From: Bacteroidota bacterium
GTDB lineage: Bacteria; Bacteroidota; Bacteroidia; NS11-12g; UBA955
Length of the DNA: 64,000 nucleotides
Direction of reading: 5' to 3'
NCBI GenBank assembly: GCA_027490055.1
Contig: JAIXYV010000106.1
Coordinates: 30,802-94,801, forward strand
Shown: piece after piece, positions 40,601 through 49,335 of the stretch
Layout of the letters: every line of letters starts with the position of its first letter
Numbering within the stretch: the first letter of the stretch is position 1
Position numbers and translations under genes: made by a program
Notes under the pieces: generated by a model
Told to the model about the DNA's origin: nothing
The model's input: the letters and a program-made list of their open reading frames with translations, nothing else
The model's database searches: none

Positions 40601-41883
40601 CATTAACTAAACAAGCCATAGTGTATCCTCGAATTGTACCTTCATTTAAGGTATCGGATACTTGTGTATCGGCAATGGCAGTGATAAGAGACCGGTCCAC
40701 ATTTGTCAATACCGGAATCAGTCGCTGGGTATACGATTTTGGTAATGGCGATTCGGCCTTTATCAGCAATCCATTTTATCAGTACTCAGCACCTGGCACT
40801 TATACTATAAGACAAACAGTTACCAGCAGAGAAGGATGCGTTTATGACACTACAGGTAAGGTGACTATTTATCCATTACCAAAACCTGATTTCAGAGATA
40901 CTAATAAGTGTGTCGATAACCAATTTAATTTCTTTTCAAAGTCGACCATAAGTTCGGGCACCATTAATACGTATAAATGGCATTTTGGGGACAATACCAA
41001 CTCTGTATTAAGAGATCCGGGTCATGTGTTTCCGGGAGCTGGCAACTATATAGTGAAGTTAATTGCGTCTAGTAATTTTGGCTGTGTCGATTCGATTGAA
41101 AAATCGATTGTAAGTTACCCTCCGGTACAGGTAAAATTTGGTGTTTACAATGTTTGTTTAGGAGACCCAATTGAATTTACCGATAGCAGTATCGTTCCGT
41201 CTTCGAGCATTAAACAGTACCAGTGGTGGTTTGGGGACAATGATACCTCTATGCAAAAGCAACCTTGGCACACCTATAAAACCGACGACACATTTAAAGT
41301 AAAACTGAGGATCACAACAGCTTATGATTGTGATTACGATAGCAGCACAACACTCACTGTTTATCCGGTGCCAACAGCAAATTTCAAGACCGATCCAGAT
41401 CAGGGTACCATAGTTAATCCAGAGATCCAGATTACAGATTTTAGTACTGGCGCAGATACCTTGATTTATGACTTAGGGGATGGTACTTTCTCAATGATGA
41501 GAAACCTTGTAAACAGTTATCCGGATAGTGGTACATTTACCTTGAGACAAACAGTATGGAACACCTTTGGTTGTCGGGATACCTTTATAAAAACAATTAC
41601 TATACGCTACTTATTCGTATTCAATACACCAACGGCATTTAGTCCAAATAACGATGGAATTAATGATGTATTTGCCCCTGGTGGGATAGGCTATACCAAA
41701 TATTCTATGTGGATTTATAACCGCTGGGGTGAAATGATCTATGAAACAACCGACGGTAAGGGTTGGGATGGTACCTATGCTGGAGAAGATGTCATGACGG
41801 ATGTCTATGCCGTTAGGTATAAAGTCAAAGATTTTAAGGGAAGGAATCACTATTACAGTGCTACCTTTACTTTGTTGAGATAG
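34621..41883 (+). CDS. Giant (2420 aa) T9SS type-B secreted protein with C-terminal PKD array
   Basis: TTG start, signal peptide, about 8 PKD-like repeats (WxFGD, GCxDT), AFSPNNDGIND...YNRWG...WDG...LLR. Confidence 0.88.
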   Translation: MKKKYFSKNTFFLFCSLFMALIINAQGNRLSFVVTGPKNLSICGVNDSAFVEAYNISSGPVNNITIKLILPSGINYVKGSFFGTGISEANVTNLNQPIFNVPNLLLAKNTKFRVLLTADCNLLTFLNNSSTPTVSLRADYTGNFDVGSSIPYSVRVPSVQYGTVTNLSYTGDVATKFTRSITIGNYGKGPLREIKLTRYNGKDIQTFFVNKGNTVYKGDTVITTFNTNHFKTVGNLDTFLDQNETITFTDSNLIKACKLLNTNFELSWGCGGKSCQVSKLSGSALISNKTPTLKAIPLPVYPTCYNNNTFKSEVRFVNIGNMPAIAPRLAISSNYYYMFSSFDTGSIRMKVGFKGTWYKPIKDSTTGSYNLGYYGCIGLYPIGLFRVKCPDLKPNDTVYLTWNTISCTPPPCSNASMVVNSWAYYADFKDQCKNLKTVPWAWGKVYDQHYFTGSTFSPTDLIANQTGEFRTYINSASLLNRNSSASYIVDIILPKGLTHSKQKKDFYFINSDLTANWNPDSIVQKGDTVRAYFPHPVPINLTGAELVYYLKADCSKSGANGNQNITTQIRYIPDRTCGSKEWIFLYCQTQQIKIHCISNCAGGMKFRNFKVQRISFGRPDNDNDGKPDASGSLDTLRVREERCIYGDTIQAEYFGIVKRTSSIITWRNAYIESTITNGRNLDVAGIQLLVWRRGVTLSLNCNQIKSWKTVSGTTATFKIDISTDSMPNCVSSGFRYSNDDSVVVKVKYRVNGNLGATIQNLNFSNRFYTSNVNNPTSNTNKFQCDTFSGQMILAGYFFTTCCSDNYQLNSCGTVSVNNYFYLGLGGNSYGGNNYFPYEYRNFAKLRSIRFYMPAGMKMKNAYIGQYRTSGSNRTTLETKDSLRPLNINANPMVFEVGKFFKDSTGGVINLSDDGFHGYFVAQMDPTCEIQTGDPNLIKYDFVFERKGIFGNTLDTISSGFTDKLIYNKPVFTVKPVSPTIYAAQDTAEWELVFTNYSASFSNTNSWFAPDNSGAIKVVQIRDGGTKDTLMPSKNGVYKLGTIPFNTTRKFKVRAIYNSCKKDSVILYAGWNCAGYPNDLASYPCVKERIPLYLEPQNTQYQVTLTDSVRVADLCASTPYTMTIENIGATAGYSTKAIINLPIGMTVDPGSCYIRYPHKNAKSSLSNPVLKSGTTYEWNLSGLNTTIANGFKGVSDTNKNKIIIYFRVKTSCDYSSGNYIRASASGNIKCGDPIMVYPAISNPLNIKGVTRPYYTLLKVESDSIFPCEKPSKVRVKIINLGPGKTGSEDKYQAILVPGLSYNSSMYTASYNAPVDSLTTTRNINGATEVEFSLRDSIQPGDSMYFDFGFNSDGRFLNCGTVDLYSQAAVKQEVTCVSNNSKCKINVVTGNNLLKPTVVKGSVGFSGLKTKILSTANDSEILSMQYRITNTSFRIASPNTIVYKLVYDKNSSGTVNSGDIVAFTDTIKTGLGKNNFTDITKTIKVKAGQSCALFIALDSASCSCGFAYAKFPVPGLQNAGIDQSLCSGDTIKLGVTKVNGYRYLWTPGSEFISDTVAQPVAVMENTDSAGIFKNYILTTYRGFCNSKDTVKVEIYKLPALRLLQKDTSICDGNQVVLKAVSKGGTGLHTIKWSPAKTVKDSTKFTTSTKPLKTQTYVASIVDAKQCKAKDSMRIVVYQNPIAKFTYPETCLNLPLLLSDSSKVSGDTISLRKWNFNGIDTTQIKDWLIDLQGNSDALVSLTIRSGFGCEDTIVKTVYLNPYVVADFSTKDVCFGDSVKFVNLSTLSKGVIQSNIWDFGDAITSVKTQTKHLYNAADTYQVKLISISDKNCNDTIAKSVIVYPRPSTAFSISNVCLKDSIHAFNSSTIVNDSITSQWWYINKDTISQQHLTYLLSYDTSYILTLKTSTAFGCRDSLSKSVEVYTNPKALFNVNPVCEGKKSTVISSSSIRKGAISSYNYAVSDGNSFTNQNFVHQFAKGDTFDIRLIVTSSNNCRDTLTKQAIVYPRIVPSFKVSDTCVSAMAVIRDRSTFVNTGISRWVYDFGNGDSAFISNPFYQYSAPGTYTIRQTVTSREGCVYDTTGKVTIYPLPKPDFRDTNKCVDNQFNFFSKSTISSGTINTYKWHFGDNTNSVLRDPGHVFPGAGNYIVKLIASSNFGCVDSIEKSIVSYPPVQVKFGVYNVCLGDPIEFTDSSIVPSSSIKQYQWWFGDNDTSMQKQPWHTYKTDDTFKVKLRITTAYDCDYDSSTTLTVYPVPTANFKTDPDQGTIVNPEIQITDFSTGADTLIYDLGDGTFSMMRNLVNSYPDSGTFTLRQTVWNTFGCRDTFIKTITIRYLFVFNTPTAFSPNNDGINDVFAPGGIGYTKYSMWIYNRWGEMIYETTDGKGWDGTYAGEDVMTDVYAVRYKVKDFKGRNHYYSATFTLLR

Positions 41884-41932
41884 CAGCTCATTTTTCTATT
41901 TCACTTTAATATTGTATATTTGCAATACAACA

Positions 41933-42547
41933 TTGAAAAGCAAATATTTAAAGATTAAGTTTTTAACTGTTTTTTTGTTTTGGGTATGTGCACTTAATGC
42001 ACAGTTTACACCAAAATTGAATCGTTTCAGTGCTCAGCACAGAGACGGAATAGTGTATCTCGACTGGGTGATGTCCAGTGGAAGTGTTTGCCTTGGAATT
42101 TCAATAGAGAAGAGTGAAGATTCCATCAATTTCAAAGAGATTGGAAGTATCAGTGGTTTTTGTGGCAATTTAACGAAGCCTATGTCTTATGCTTTTCAGG
42201 ATGAATCACCCTTACTTAATAAAAAAATATACTACCGTTTAAGCTATCCTGGATTAGGCCATTCTCACTATATCAGCATTGTTGTCATCGATGTCAAAAA
42301 GAACGATTATGAGGTAAATCCCAATCCTTCATCAGGCCTTTCAAAAATCAATTTTTACAATCCCAAAGGCGAATTGCATCATATAAAAGTACTTAATTTA
42401 TCAGGTGTTGAGGTATTAAAGTTAGAAACCACTAACGAAGTATTTGAGATAGAATCCGGCTTATTGGAAGCGGGTATTTATCAGTTTATGATCTTCAACG
42501 ATTCGCTCAGCAATGTTGTCAACGGACGCCTGATTATTGCTCAGTGA
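41933..42547 (+). CDS. Small T9SS type-A secreted protein
   Basis: IEKSED..F..IG, YYRL, VNPNPS...GIYQ; TTG start inferred downstream of TATATTTG (41915-41922). Confidence 0.7.
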   Translation: MKSKYLKIKFLTVFLFWVCALNAQFTPKLNRFSAQHRDGIVYLDWVMSSGSVCLGISIEKSEDSINFKEIGSISGFCGNLTKPMSYAFQDESPLLNKKIYYRLSYPGLGHSHYISIVVIDVKKNDYEVNPNPSSGLSKINFYNPKGELHHIKVLNLSGVEVLKLETTNEVFEIESGLLEAGIYQFMIFNDSLSNVVNGRLIIAQ

Positions 42548-42550
42548 TTG

Positions 42551-43375
42551 TTAATTTCCAACCAATAAATTCATAGCAGCTTTCAGGCTGCATTTCTGGT
42601 ATTTTGAATAAGCTTCTGCGGCTTTAATTCTAATAGCCTGATGACTTTGTTTTTTGCAGTAAGCAACAATAGCATCGTGAACGGTATAGGCCTCCGGGCA
42701 CATTAATCCGGTGGTCCATACCAGGGCATTTCCACCTGCCTTAATAATAAAAGGTTTAAAGTAATCGCGACTCCTGCAGGCCAGAATAATACAATCTCTT
42801 TTTTTGCCATCGGTATTATAGATGGAATCGGTAATGTCAAAATCCATAAGTCCATCATGACCGATATAGGCTATCAGTTGAGCATTGCCATTAGTACCAA
42901 TAACTTTTTGATTATAGTGGATGGTATCTTTAAGTTGACCAGATACACTGTAAAGGAAATCTCTGGTGCAATTTTTAATATAGCGACCGTTATAGGCATC
43001 TGCCAGCAGGAATTTGCCAGTACTTAAGTGCTGAAAAAGCAATCGTTCCAGCAAGATAGAATCCTTTGTGATAGAGTCATTGAGCGATATCTTTTTAAGC
43101 AATTTCCATTCAGTACTTTTTTTAAAGTAGGATTTTATGCCATAGCCACAACCCCAGTATAGATTTGAATTAGGCTGGTTGCCCATGCCAATTTTTGCAG
43201 GAACAGGAACGATGCCCTGGTATTCATTATCACACAGAGCAACCAGAATATGTACTGAGGGAATGATTGTATCACGATTATGAATGTTTTTAGGGCTTGG
43301 GTGCTCTGAAGATTGAGCACCGAGCAAATGAAATTGAAACAGAAGAAAATAAATACCAAGTAAAAACTTATGCAT
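42551..43375 (-). CDS. Exported hypothetical protein
   Basis: Signal peptide; NLYWG, YIGHDG, ILACRS and GLMCPEAY motifs. Confidence 0.7.
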   Translation of the reverse strand: MHKFLLGIYFLLFQFHLLGAQSSEHPSPKNIHNRDTIIPSVHILVALCDNEYQGIVPVPAKIGMGNQPNSNLYWGCGYGIKSYFKKSTEWKLLKKISLNDSITKDSILLERLLFQHLSTGKFLLADAYNGRYIKNCTRDFLYSVSGQLKDTIHYNQKVIGTNGNAQLIAYIGHDGLMDFDITDSIYNTDGKKRDCIILACRSRDYFKPFIIKAGGNALVWTTGLMCPEAYTVHDAIVAYCKKQSHQAIRIKAAEAYSKYQKCSLKAAMNLLVGN

Positions 43376-43452
43376 ACCACCAATAACGCTTTATCGAGTT
43401 AAAAATTGCCAATAAGTGACTTGAAAAATAGCAGGAATTGTATCTTTGCAAC

Positions 43453-44712
43453 ATGCAACATGTACCATTAGCTGAGCGGGTAAGACCAAGACGCCTTGAA
43501 GATTATATTGGGCAGGAACACCTTACGGGTCATGGAGCACCTTTAAAGAATTATTTAGATTCGGGTACTATTCCAAGTATGATTTTCTGGGGACCACCCG
43601 GCGTTGGAAAGACAACTCTGGCGCGAATAATCGGAGAAACTCTTCAGTTACCCTATGTGCAATTAAGTGCCATCAATGCTGGTGTTGCAGATGTCAGAAA
43701 AATTATTGCAGATTCGAAAGAACAGGGACGAATTTTATTGTTTCTGGATGAGATACACAGATTTAATAAAAGTCAGCAAGATGCTTTACTTGGAGCAGTT
43801 GAGTCAGGCAATATTTTACTGATTGGAGCAACAACAGAAAATCCATCATTTGAGGTTAACAATGCTTTGCTGTCCAGATGTCAGGTCTATGTTTTACAAG
43901 ATTTGAGTGCAGATAATTTATTGAGTATGGCGCAGCAAGCCATTAGCAAAGATGAATTTTTGCAATCTAAACAAACCAGTATTGCAGAGCATTCTGCCCT
44001 ATTGCAGTTTAGTGGCGGCGATGGCAGAAAACTACTCAATATCATCGATATGATAGCCATGCATGAGCAGGCACCAGTAGTGATAGATGACAATAAAGTG
44101 AAGAACATTCTTCAGAATAAACAAATAGTTTATGACAAAGCTGGAGAAGAGCATTACAACATCATTTCTGCTTTTATAAAAAGCATCAGAGGCAGTGATC
44201 CTAATGCGGCAGTTTATTATCTGGCAAGGATGCTGGAGGGTGGAGAAAAGCCAGAGTTTATAGCCAGAAGACTCTTGATACTAGCTTCAGAAGATATAGG
44301 AAATGCCAATCCAACGGCATTGGTCTTAGCCACCACAACAATGACGGCTGTTCAGACAATTGGTATGCCCGAGGGAAGAATCATACTATCACAATGCGCC
44401 ACTTATCTGGCATGCAGCATGAAAAGCAACGCCTCGTATCTGGCGATAAACAATGCCATGGAACTGGTTCAGAAGACAGGTGCCCTGGCCGTTCCGTTAC
44501 ATTTGCGAAATGCTCCAACCAAGTTGATGAAATCTATGGATTATGGTAAAGAATATGAATACGCTCATTCGCATCCGGGTAATTTTATTGAGCAGGAATT
44601 TTTACCAGATTCGATTCGTGGGGCAAAGTTTTTTGAACCAGGAAATAACGCCCGGGAAAATGAGATGCGAGACTTCTTAAAGAAACGCTGGAAAGACAAG
44701 TATGGATATTAG
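43453..44712 (+). CDS. rarA: Replication-associated recombination protein A (MgsA/RarA)
   Basis: PLAERVRP, GPPGVGKT, DEIHRFNK, GATTENP, EDIGNA; TATCTTTG promoter at 43441-43448. Confidence 0.96.
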   Translation: MQHVPLAERVRPRRLEDYIGQEHLTGHGAPLKNYLDSGTIPSMIFWGPPGVGKTTLARIIGETLQLPYVQLSAINAGVADVRKIIADSKEQGRILLFLDEIHRFNKSQQDALLGAVESGNILLIGATTENPSFEVNNALLSRCQVYVLQDLSADNLLSMAQQAISKDEFLQSKQTSIAEHSALLQFSGGDGRKLLNIIDMIAMHEQAPVVIDDNKVKNILQNKQIVYDKAGEEHYNIISAFIKSIRGSDPNAAVYYLARMLEGGEKPEFIARRLLILASEDIGNANPTALVLATTTMTAVQTIGMPEGRIILSQCATYLACSMKSNASYLAINNAMELVQKTGALAVPLHLRNAPTKLMKSMDYGKEYEYAHSHPGNFIEQEFLPDSIRGAKFFEPGNNARENEMRDFLKKRWKDKYGY

Positions 44713-44839
44713 AACTATCTAATATACAAGTCTTTATCTATTTATTTTAACACCTTAGGCTTTTATAAATCACCTTTTTGATTGTGGATGGAAAAACGAC
44801 AAAAAATCGTTACCTTTGCACATTTTATAAAATTTTAGC

Positions 44840-47800
44840 ATGTATCGCACTCTAAAACACGTTAACTGGCCGGCCATCGAGGAAGAGATTATGAAGCAAT
44901 GGGAGAAGGACAATACCTTCACCAGGAGTATTGAATCTCGTCCTGAGAGCAAGCGTTTTGTGTTTTACGAGGGTCCGCCCAGCGCTAATGGAATGCCTGG
45001 CATACATCACGTGATGGCCAGAGCAATCAAGGATGTATTTTGTCGTTACAAGACATTACAGGGATACAGAGTTGAGAGAAAAGGAGGCTGGGATACACAC
45101 GGACTTCCAATCGAATTACAAGTAGAGAAGCGTTTAGGCATCACAAAAGAAGACATCGGAAAAAGTATCAGTGTTGAGCAATACAACAAAGAATGCCGAA
45201 AAGATGTCATGGAATTTAAGGACAAGTGGGATGATTTGACAACCAAAATGGGTTATTGGGTCGACCTCGATCATCCTTACATCACATACGAGAACGATTA
45301 TATTGAAACACTTTGGCATTTGTTAAAACGCCTGCACGACAAAGGTTTTCTTTACAAGGGCCATACCATACAACCATTCAGTCCGGCTGCTGGTACAGGC
45401 CTCTCATCACACGAACTTAATCAACCTGGCACATACAAGCCGGTAAAAGATACAACAGCAGTTGCTCAGTTTAAAATAGAATCAGAAGATTTACAAAAGC
45501 TGAATACCTTGTACGGTTCTCATGCTTCAGAGGCATATTTTCTGGCATGGACAACCACACCTTGGACACTGCCTAGCAATACTGCCCTTGCGGTAGGAAA
45601 GAACATCGACTATGTCATGGTTAACACCTACAATCAGTACAGTCACCAAGCTGTAACCGTGATCTTAGCAGAGGCTTTATTAAGCAAGCATTTTAATCAA
45701 ACTGCAGCAGAACTTACTTTAAGCGATTACAAAGCGGGTGATAAACTAATTCCATTTGAAGTCATCGGCAAAGTGAAAGGTTCTGAACTGTCTGGCATTC
45801 GTTATGAGCAGTTACTGCCTTTTGAAGTAAATGCTAAAGACCAGATAGATGGTGATGCTTTTAAAGTTATCATTGGCGATTTTGTAACGACTGAAGACGG
45901 TACAGGTATAGTGCATATAGCACCGAGTTTTGGTGCTGACGACTTCAGGGTTGCCAAGCAGAACGGCATTGGGTCATTGACCATGGTAGACAAGCGCGGT
46001 AAGTTTCTCACAGGCATTCAAGACGGCGTGTTTCTGTATGGCGATGAATATGTCAAAGAAGACTATCTGAACGAAACAGAAAAGCAGTTAGCCACAGAGC
46101 AACAAAGATTGCATTTGCAGGGCTTTATGAAAGACACCAGCAAACTCAATTATCTCAGTGTAGACGATAGAATTGCTTTAAAACTTCAGAACGAAAACAA
46201 GTTATTTAAGAAGGAAAAATATGAGCATACTTATCCGCATTGCTGGAGAACAGATAAGCCAATTTTATATTATCCTTTAGAGAGCTGGTTTATCAAAACC
46301 ACAGCTGTAAAAGATAAATTAGTTGAATTCAATAAAACCATCAACTGGAAACCGGCATCAACCGGAGAGGGTAGATTTGGTAACTGGTTGGAGAATCTGG
46401 TAGACTGGAATTTAAGTCGCAGCAGATACTGGGGCACACCACTTCCAATCTGGAGAACAGAAGAAGGTAGCGAAGAGGTATGCATAGGTTCGGTTGATGA
46501 GCTATTTTCAGAAGTTGAAAAAGCGAATGCACAACTTGGATTGCAGCAGGTATTAAATCGCGATGATTTTGATTTGCACAAACCATTTGTCGATCAGATT
46601 ACATTAGTATCAGCCAGCGGTCAGCCTATGAAACGCGAGAGTGATTTGATAGATGTTTGGTTTGATAGTGGAGCAATGCCATATGCTCAATGGGGATTAA
46701 AGAACATGGATAAATGGGCTGAGAATTTTCCAGCTGATTTTATCGCAGAGGGAGTCGATCAGACAAGAGGCTGGTTCTTTACTTTACACGCCATTGCGGT
46801 TATGTTATTTGATTCGGTTGCCTACAAAAATGTAGTAGCAAACGGACTTGTACTGGACAAGAATGGCAACAAGATGAGCAAGCGTCTGGGCAATGCAATC
46901 GATCCGTTTACGACAATTTCTACCTATGGTGCTGATGCTACCAGATGGTATATGATGACCAATAGTGATCCATGGGACAATTTGAAATTTGACATTGAAG
47001 GGATAGGAGAGACTCAGAGAAAGTTCTTTGGAACTTTGTATAATACGTATTCATTCTTTGCCATTTATGCCAATATAGATCAGTACGAGTACAACAAAGC
47101 ATCGGTGTTAAATGTTAATGAGTTGAGCGAGTTAGATCGCTGGATTTTATCTAAACTTAATACTCTGGTTCAAATGGTGTGCAAGAGCATGGATGATTAT
47201 GATCCAACGCCTGCAGCAAGGGCAATAGAAACTTTTGTCTGCGACGATTTAAGTAATTGGTATGTTAGATTATCAAGACGTCGTTTCTGGAAGGGCGAGA
47301 TGAACAGCGATAAGCAGGCAGCGTATGATACTTTGCATACTTGTTTGACTACGGTTGCTCAGTTAGCCAGTCCGTATGCACCATTCTTTAGCGATTGGTT
47401 ATATGGCAGTTTGAATCCATCACTCAATGGCAGTTCGGTGCATCTGAGCGATATGACTGAAGTTAACTCAGTTTTAATCGACAAAGAACTTGAAGTGACC
47501 ATGCAATTGGCTCAGGACATTAGCAGCATGGTTTTAGGTTTAAGAAAGAAGCAGAACATCAGAGTGAGACAGCCATTGCAGAAAATCATGGTTCCTGCTA
47601 TGGATGCAGCCTTTAAGCAAAGATTAGAGCATGTTAAGGCCTTAATCCTGTCTGAAGTAAATATTAAAGAGATTGAGTATCTGGAGGCAGACAATGCCAT
47701 TTTAGTAAAAGGAATAAAACCTAATTTCAAGGCTCTTGGTCCGAAGATAGGAGCTAATATGAAGGCATTGACGGCTGCTGTAGCTGCAATGGATCAGGCT

Positions 47801-48229
47801 CAGATCAGAACCATCGAAACAGAAGGAAAGATAGCACTAAATCTGGGACAAACAGAGTTTGAACTCATCCTGGCCGATGTTGAAATTACATCACAAGACA
47901 TACCAGGCTGGTTAGTTAGCAGTTATAACGGACTGACTGTTGCTATGGATATTACTATTACAGAATCATTAAAGAAAGAAGGCATAGCGAGAGAGTTTGT
48001 AAACAGGTTACAGAATCTGCGTAAAGACACCGGATTAGATGTAACCGACAGAATAGCAGTGACAGTCGATACAGATGAAACCACACTAAATGCTATACTG
48101 GATTTTAAATTGTATATTTGCAGCGAAATTTTAGCAGATACTCTGATACCATCGGAAGGCATGTTAGAAGGAACTGAAATAGAAATAGAAGGCATTATCT
48201 GCAAAATAAAATTAGAAAAAAATGGCTAA
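44840..48229 (+). CDS. ileS: Isoleucyl-tRNA synthetase (type 2)
   Basis: EGPPSANG, GWDTHGLP, WTTTPWTL, SRSRYWGTP, EGVDQTRGWF, KMSKR; TACCTTTG promoter at 44811. Confidence 0.98.
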   Translation: MYRTLKHVNWPAIEEEIMKQWEKDNTFTRSIESRPESKRFVFYEGPPSANGMPGIHHVMARAIKDVFCRYKTLQGYRVERKGGWDTHGLPIELQVEKRLGITKEDIGKSISVEQYNKECRKDVMEFKDKWDDLTTKMGYWVDLDHPYITYENDYIETLWHLLKRLHDKGFLYKGHTIQPFSPAAGTGLSSHELNQPGTYKPVKDTTAVAQFKIESEDLQKLNTLYGSHASEAYFLAWTTTPWTLPSNTALAVGKNIDYVMVNTYNQYSHQAVTVILAEALLSKHFNQTAAELTLSDYKAGDKLIPFEVIGKVKGSELSGIRYEQLLPFEVNAKDQIDGDAFKVIIGDFVTTEDGTGIVHIAPSFGADDFRVAKQNGIGSLTMVDKRGKFLTGIQDGVFLYGDEYVKEDYLNETEKQLATEQQRLHLQGFMKDTSKLNYLSVDDRIALKLQNENKLFKKEKYEHTYPHCWRTDKPILYYPLESWFIKTTAVKDKLVEFNKTINWKPASTGEGRFGNWLENLVDWNLSRSRYWGTPLPIWRTEEGSEEVCIGSVDELFSEVEKANAQLGLQQVLNRDDFDLHKPFVDQITLVSASGQPMKRESDLIDVWFDSGAMPYAQWGLKNMDKWAENFPADFIAEGVDQTRGWFFTLHAIAVMLFDSVAYKNVVANGLVLDKNGNKMSKRLGNAIDPFTTISTYGADATRWYMMTNSDPWDNLKFDIEGIGETQRKFFGTLYNTYSFFAIYANIDQYEYNKASVLNVNELSELDRWILSKLNTLVQMVCKSMDDYDPTPAARAIETFVCDDLSNWYVRLSRRRFWKGEMNSDKQAAYDTLHTCLTTVAQLASPYAPFFSDWLYGSLNPSLNGSSVHLSDMTEVNSVLIDKELEVTMQLAQDISSMVLGLRKKQNIRVRQPLQKIMVPAMDAAFKQRLEHVKALILSEVNIKEIEYLEADNAILVKGIKPNFKALGPKIGANMKALTAAVAAMDQAQIRTIETEGKIALNLGQTEFELILADVEITSQDIPGWLVSSYNGLTVAMDITITESLKKEGIAREFVNRLQNLRKDTGLDVTDRIAVTVDTDETTLNAILDFKLYICSEILADTLIPSEGMLEGTEIEIEGIICKIKLEKNG

Positions 48230-48623
48230 GAAAAAAGTAGAAGAAAAAGAAAAAACACGCTACAGCGACGTTGATCTGCAAGAGTTCAAGCAAATCATTT
48301 TAGGTAAGCTAGAAGTGGCAAAAGACGAATTTGGCAAAATGCAGAGATCGTTACAAAATCCGAATGAAAACGGAGATGAGAATACCTCTAACCAGTATTT
48401 GACACTGGATGATGGCGCCAGTACTTTTGAAAAAGAAAACTTGAATCAGCTGGCTGCCAGACAGAAGAAATTTATTGATAACCTTGAAGCGGCACTTATC
48501 AGAATTGAGAATAAGACTTATGGCGTATGCAGAGTTACAGGTAAGTTAATTCAGAAAGAAAGATTAAAAGCTGTACCACATGCTACTTTGAGCATGGAGG
48601 CAAAATTAAATCAATACAAATAG
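48222..48623 (+). CDS. TraR/DksA-family transcription factor
   Basis: AALIRIENKTYGVC...ERLKAVPHA; ileS-dksA-lspA gene order. Confidence 0.88.
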   Translation: MAKKKVEEKEKTRYSDVDLQEFKQIILGKLEVAKDEFGKMQRSLQNPNENGDENTSNQYLTLDDGASTFEKENLNQLAARQKKFIDNLEAALIRIENKTYGVCRVTGKLIQKERLKAVPHATLSMEAKLNQYK

Positions 48624-48627
48624 TCGC

Positions 48628-49335
48628 TTGTCAAACGAAATTAACACAGAGAACAAGAGTATTCCTGCGATAAAATGGGTATTGCCTTTTGTTGCGTTGT
48701 TTCTGGTCATTTTACTTGATCAGTGGTTGAAGTATTGGATTAAAAACACCATGATTCTTCACACTGAGAGGAAGATTTTCGGAGATTGGTTTATATTGCA
48801 TTTCACCGAAAACGAAGGCATGGCATTTGGCATGAAGTTTTTTGATGTCTATGGAAAATATGCCTTGACAATTCTTAGAATCGGGGTCTCTATTTTTGGT
48901 TTCTGGTATTTAATCACTCACATCCGTAAGCATGCCAACACATTCTTTTTAGTATGTGTAGCGTTAATTTTAGGAGGTGCAATTGGTAATATTATCGATT
49001 GTGTTTTCTACGGTGTCATTTATCATGACATGAACCAGTACAACGGGGGTTTCTTACTGGGTTGGGTAGTTGATATGTTGTATTTCCCAATAGTTGAAAC
49101 ACACTATCCAAGCTGGTCGCCAATAAAACCTGGACAGGAATTCGTTTTCTTCAGTCCGGTGTTTAACTTAGCAGACGCTGCAATCAGTATTGGTGTTGTG
49201 TCTATTATTATTTTTCAGAAGAGATTTTTCAGGCAGGGTGAAGAGGTTGAAGCAGCGACTGAGCCTGCAACTGTTGAACCAGCCAACGATACTAATAACA
49301 CAGAAAATTCTGAAAACAAAAATGAAAGCATTTAA
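48628..49335 (+). CDS. lspA: Lipoprotein signal peptidase II
   Basis: DQWLK, ENEGMAFG, GAIGNIID, VVDM, FNLAD; TTG start. Confidence 0.93.
   Translation: MSNEINTENKSIPAIKWVLPFVALFLVILLDQWLKYWIKNTMILHTERKIFGDWFILHFTENEGMAFGMKFFDVYGKYALTILRIGVSIFGFWYLITHIRKHANTFFLVCVALILGGAIGNIIDCVFYGVIYHDMNQYNGGFLLGWVVDMLYFPIVETHYPSWSPIKPGQEFVFFSPVFNLADAAISIGVVSIIIFQKRFFRQGEEVEAATEPATVEPANDTNNTENSENKNESI

Noticed and set aside
44713..44839. T-box or attenuator upstream of ileS (also checked for pheS and proS)
   Set aside because: Promoter elements lie within about 40 nt of the starts, leaving no room; no T-box motif seen
46010..46170. Apparent insertion in IleRS (possible intein)
   Set aside because: Short helical segment without intein C/S...HN termini; more likely a variable loop
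49190..49321. Long upstream extensions of ORF-track starts (also 5065, 8672, 14642, 28448, 43438, 53968, 60169)
   Set aside because: They overlap promoters or neighbouring genes; downstream ATGs fit signal peptides and family N-termini better
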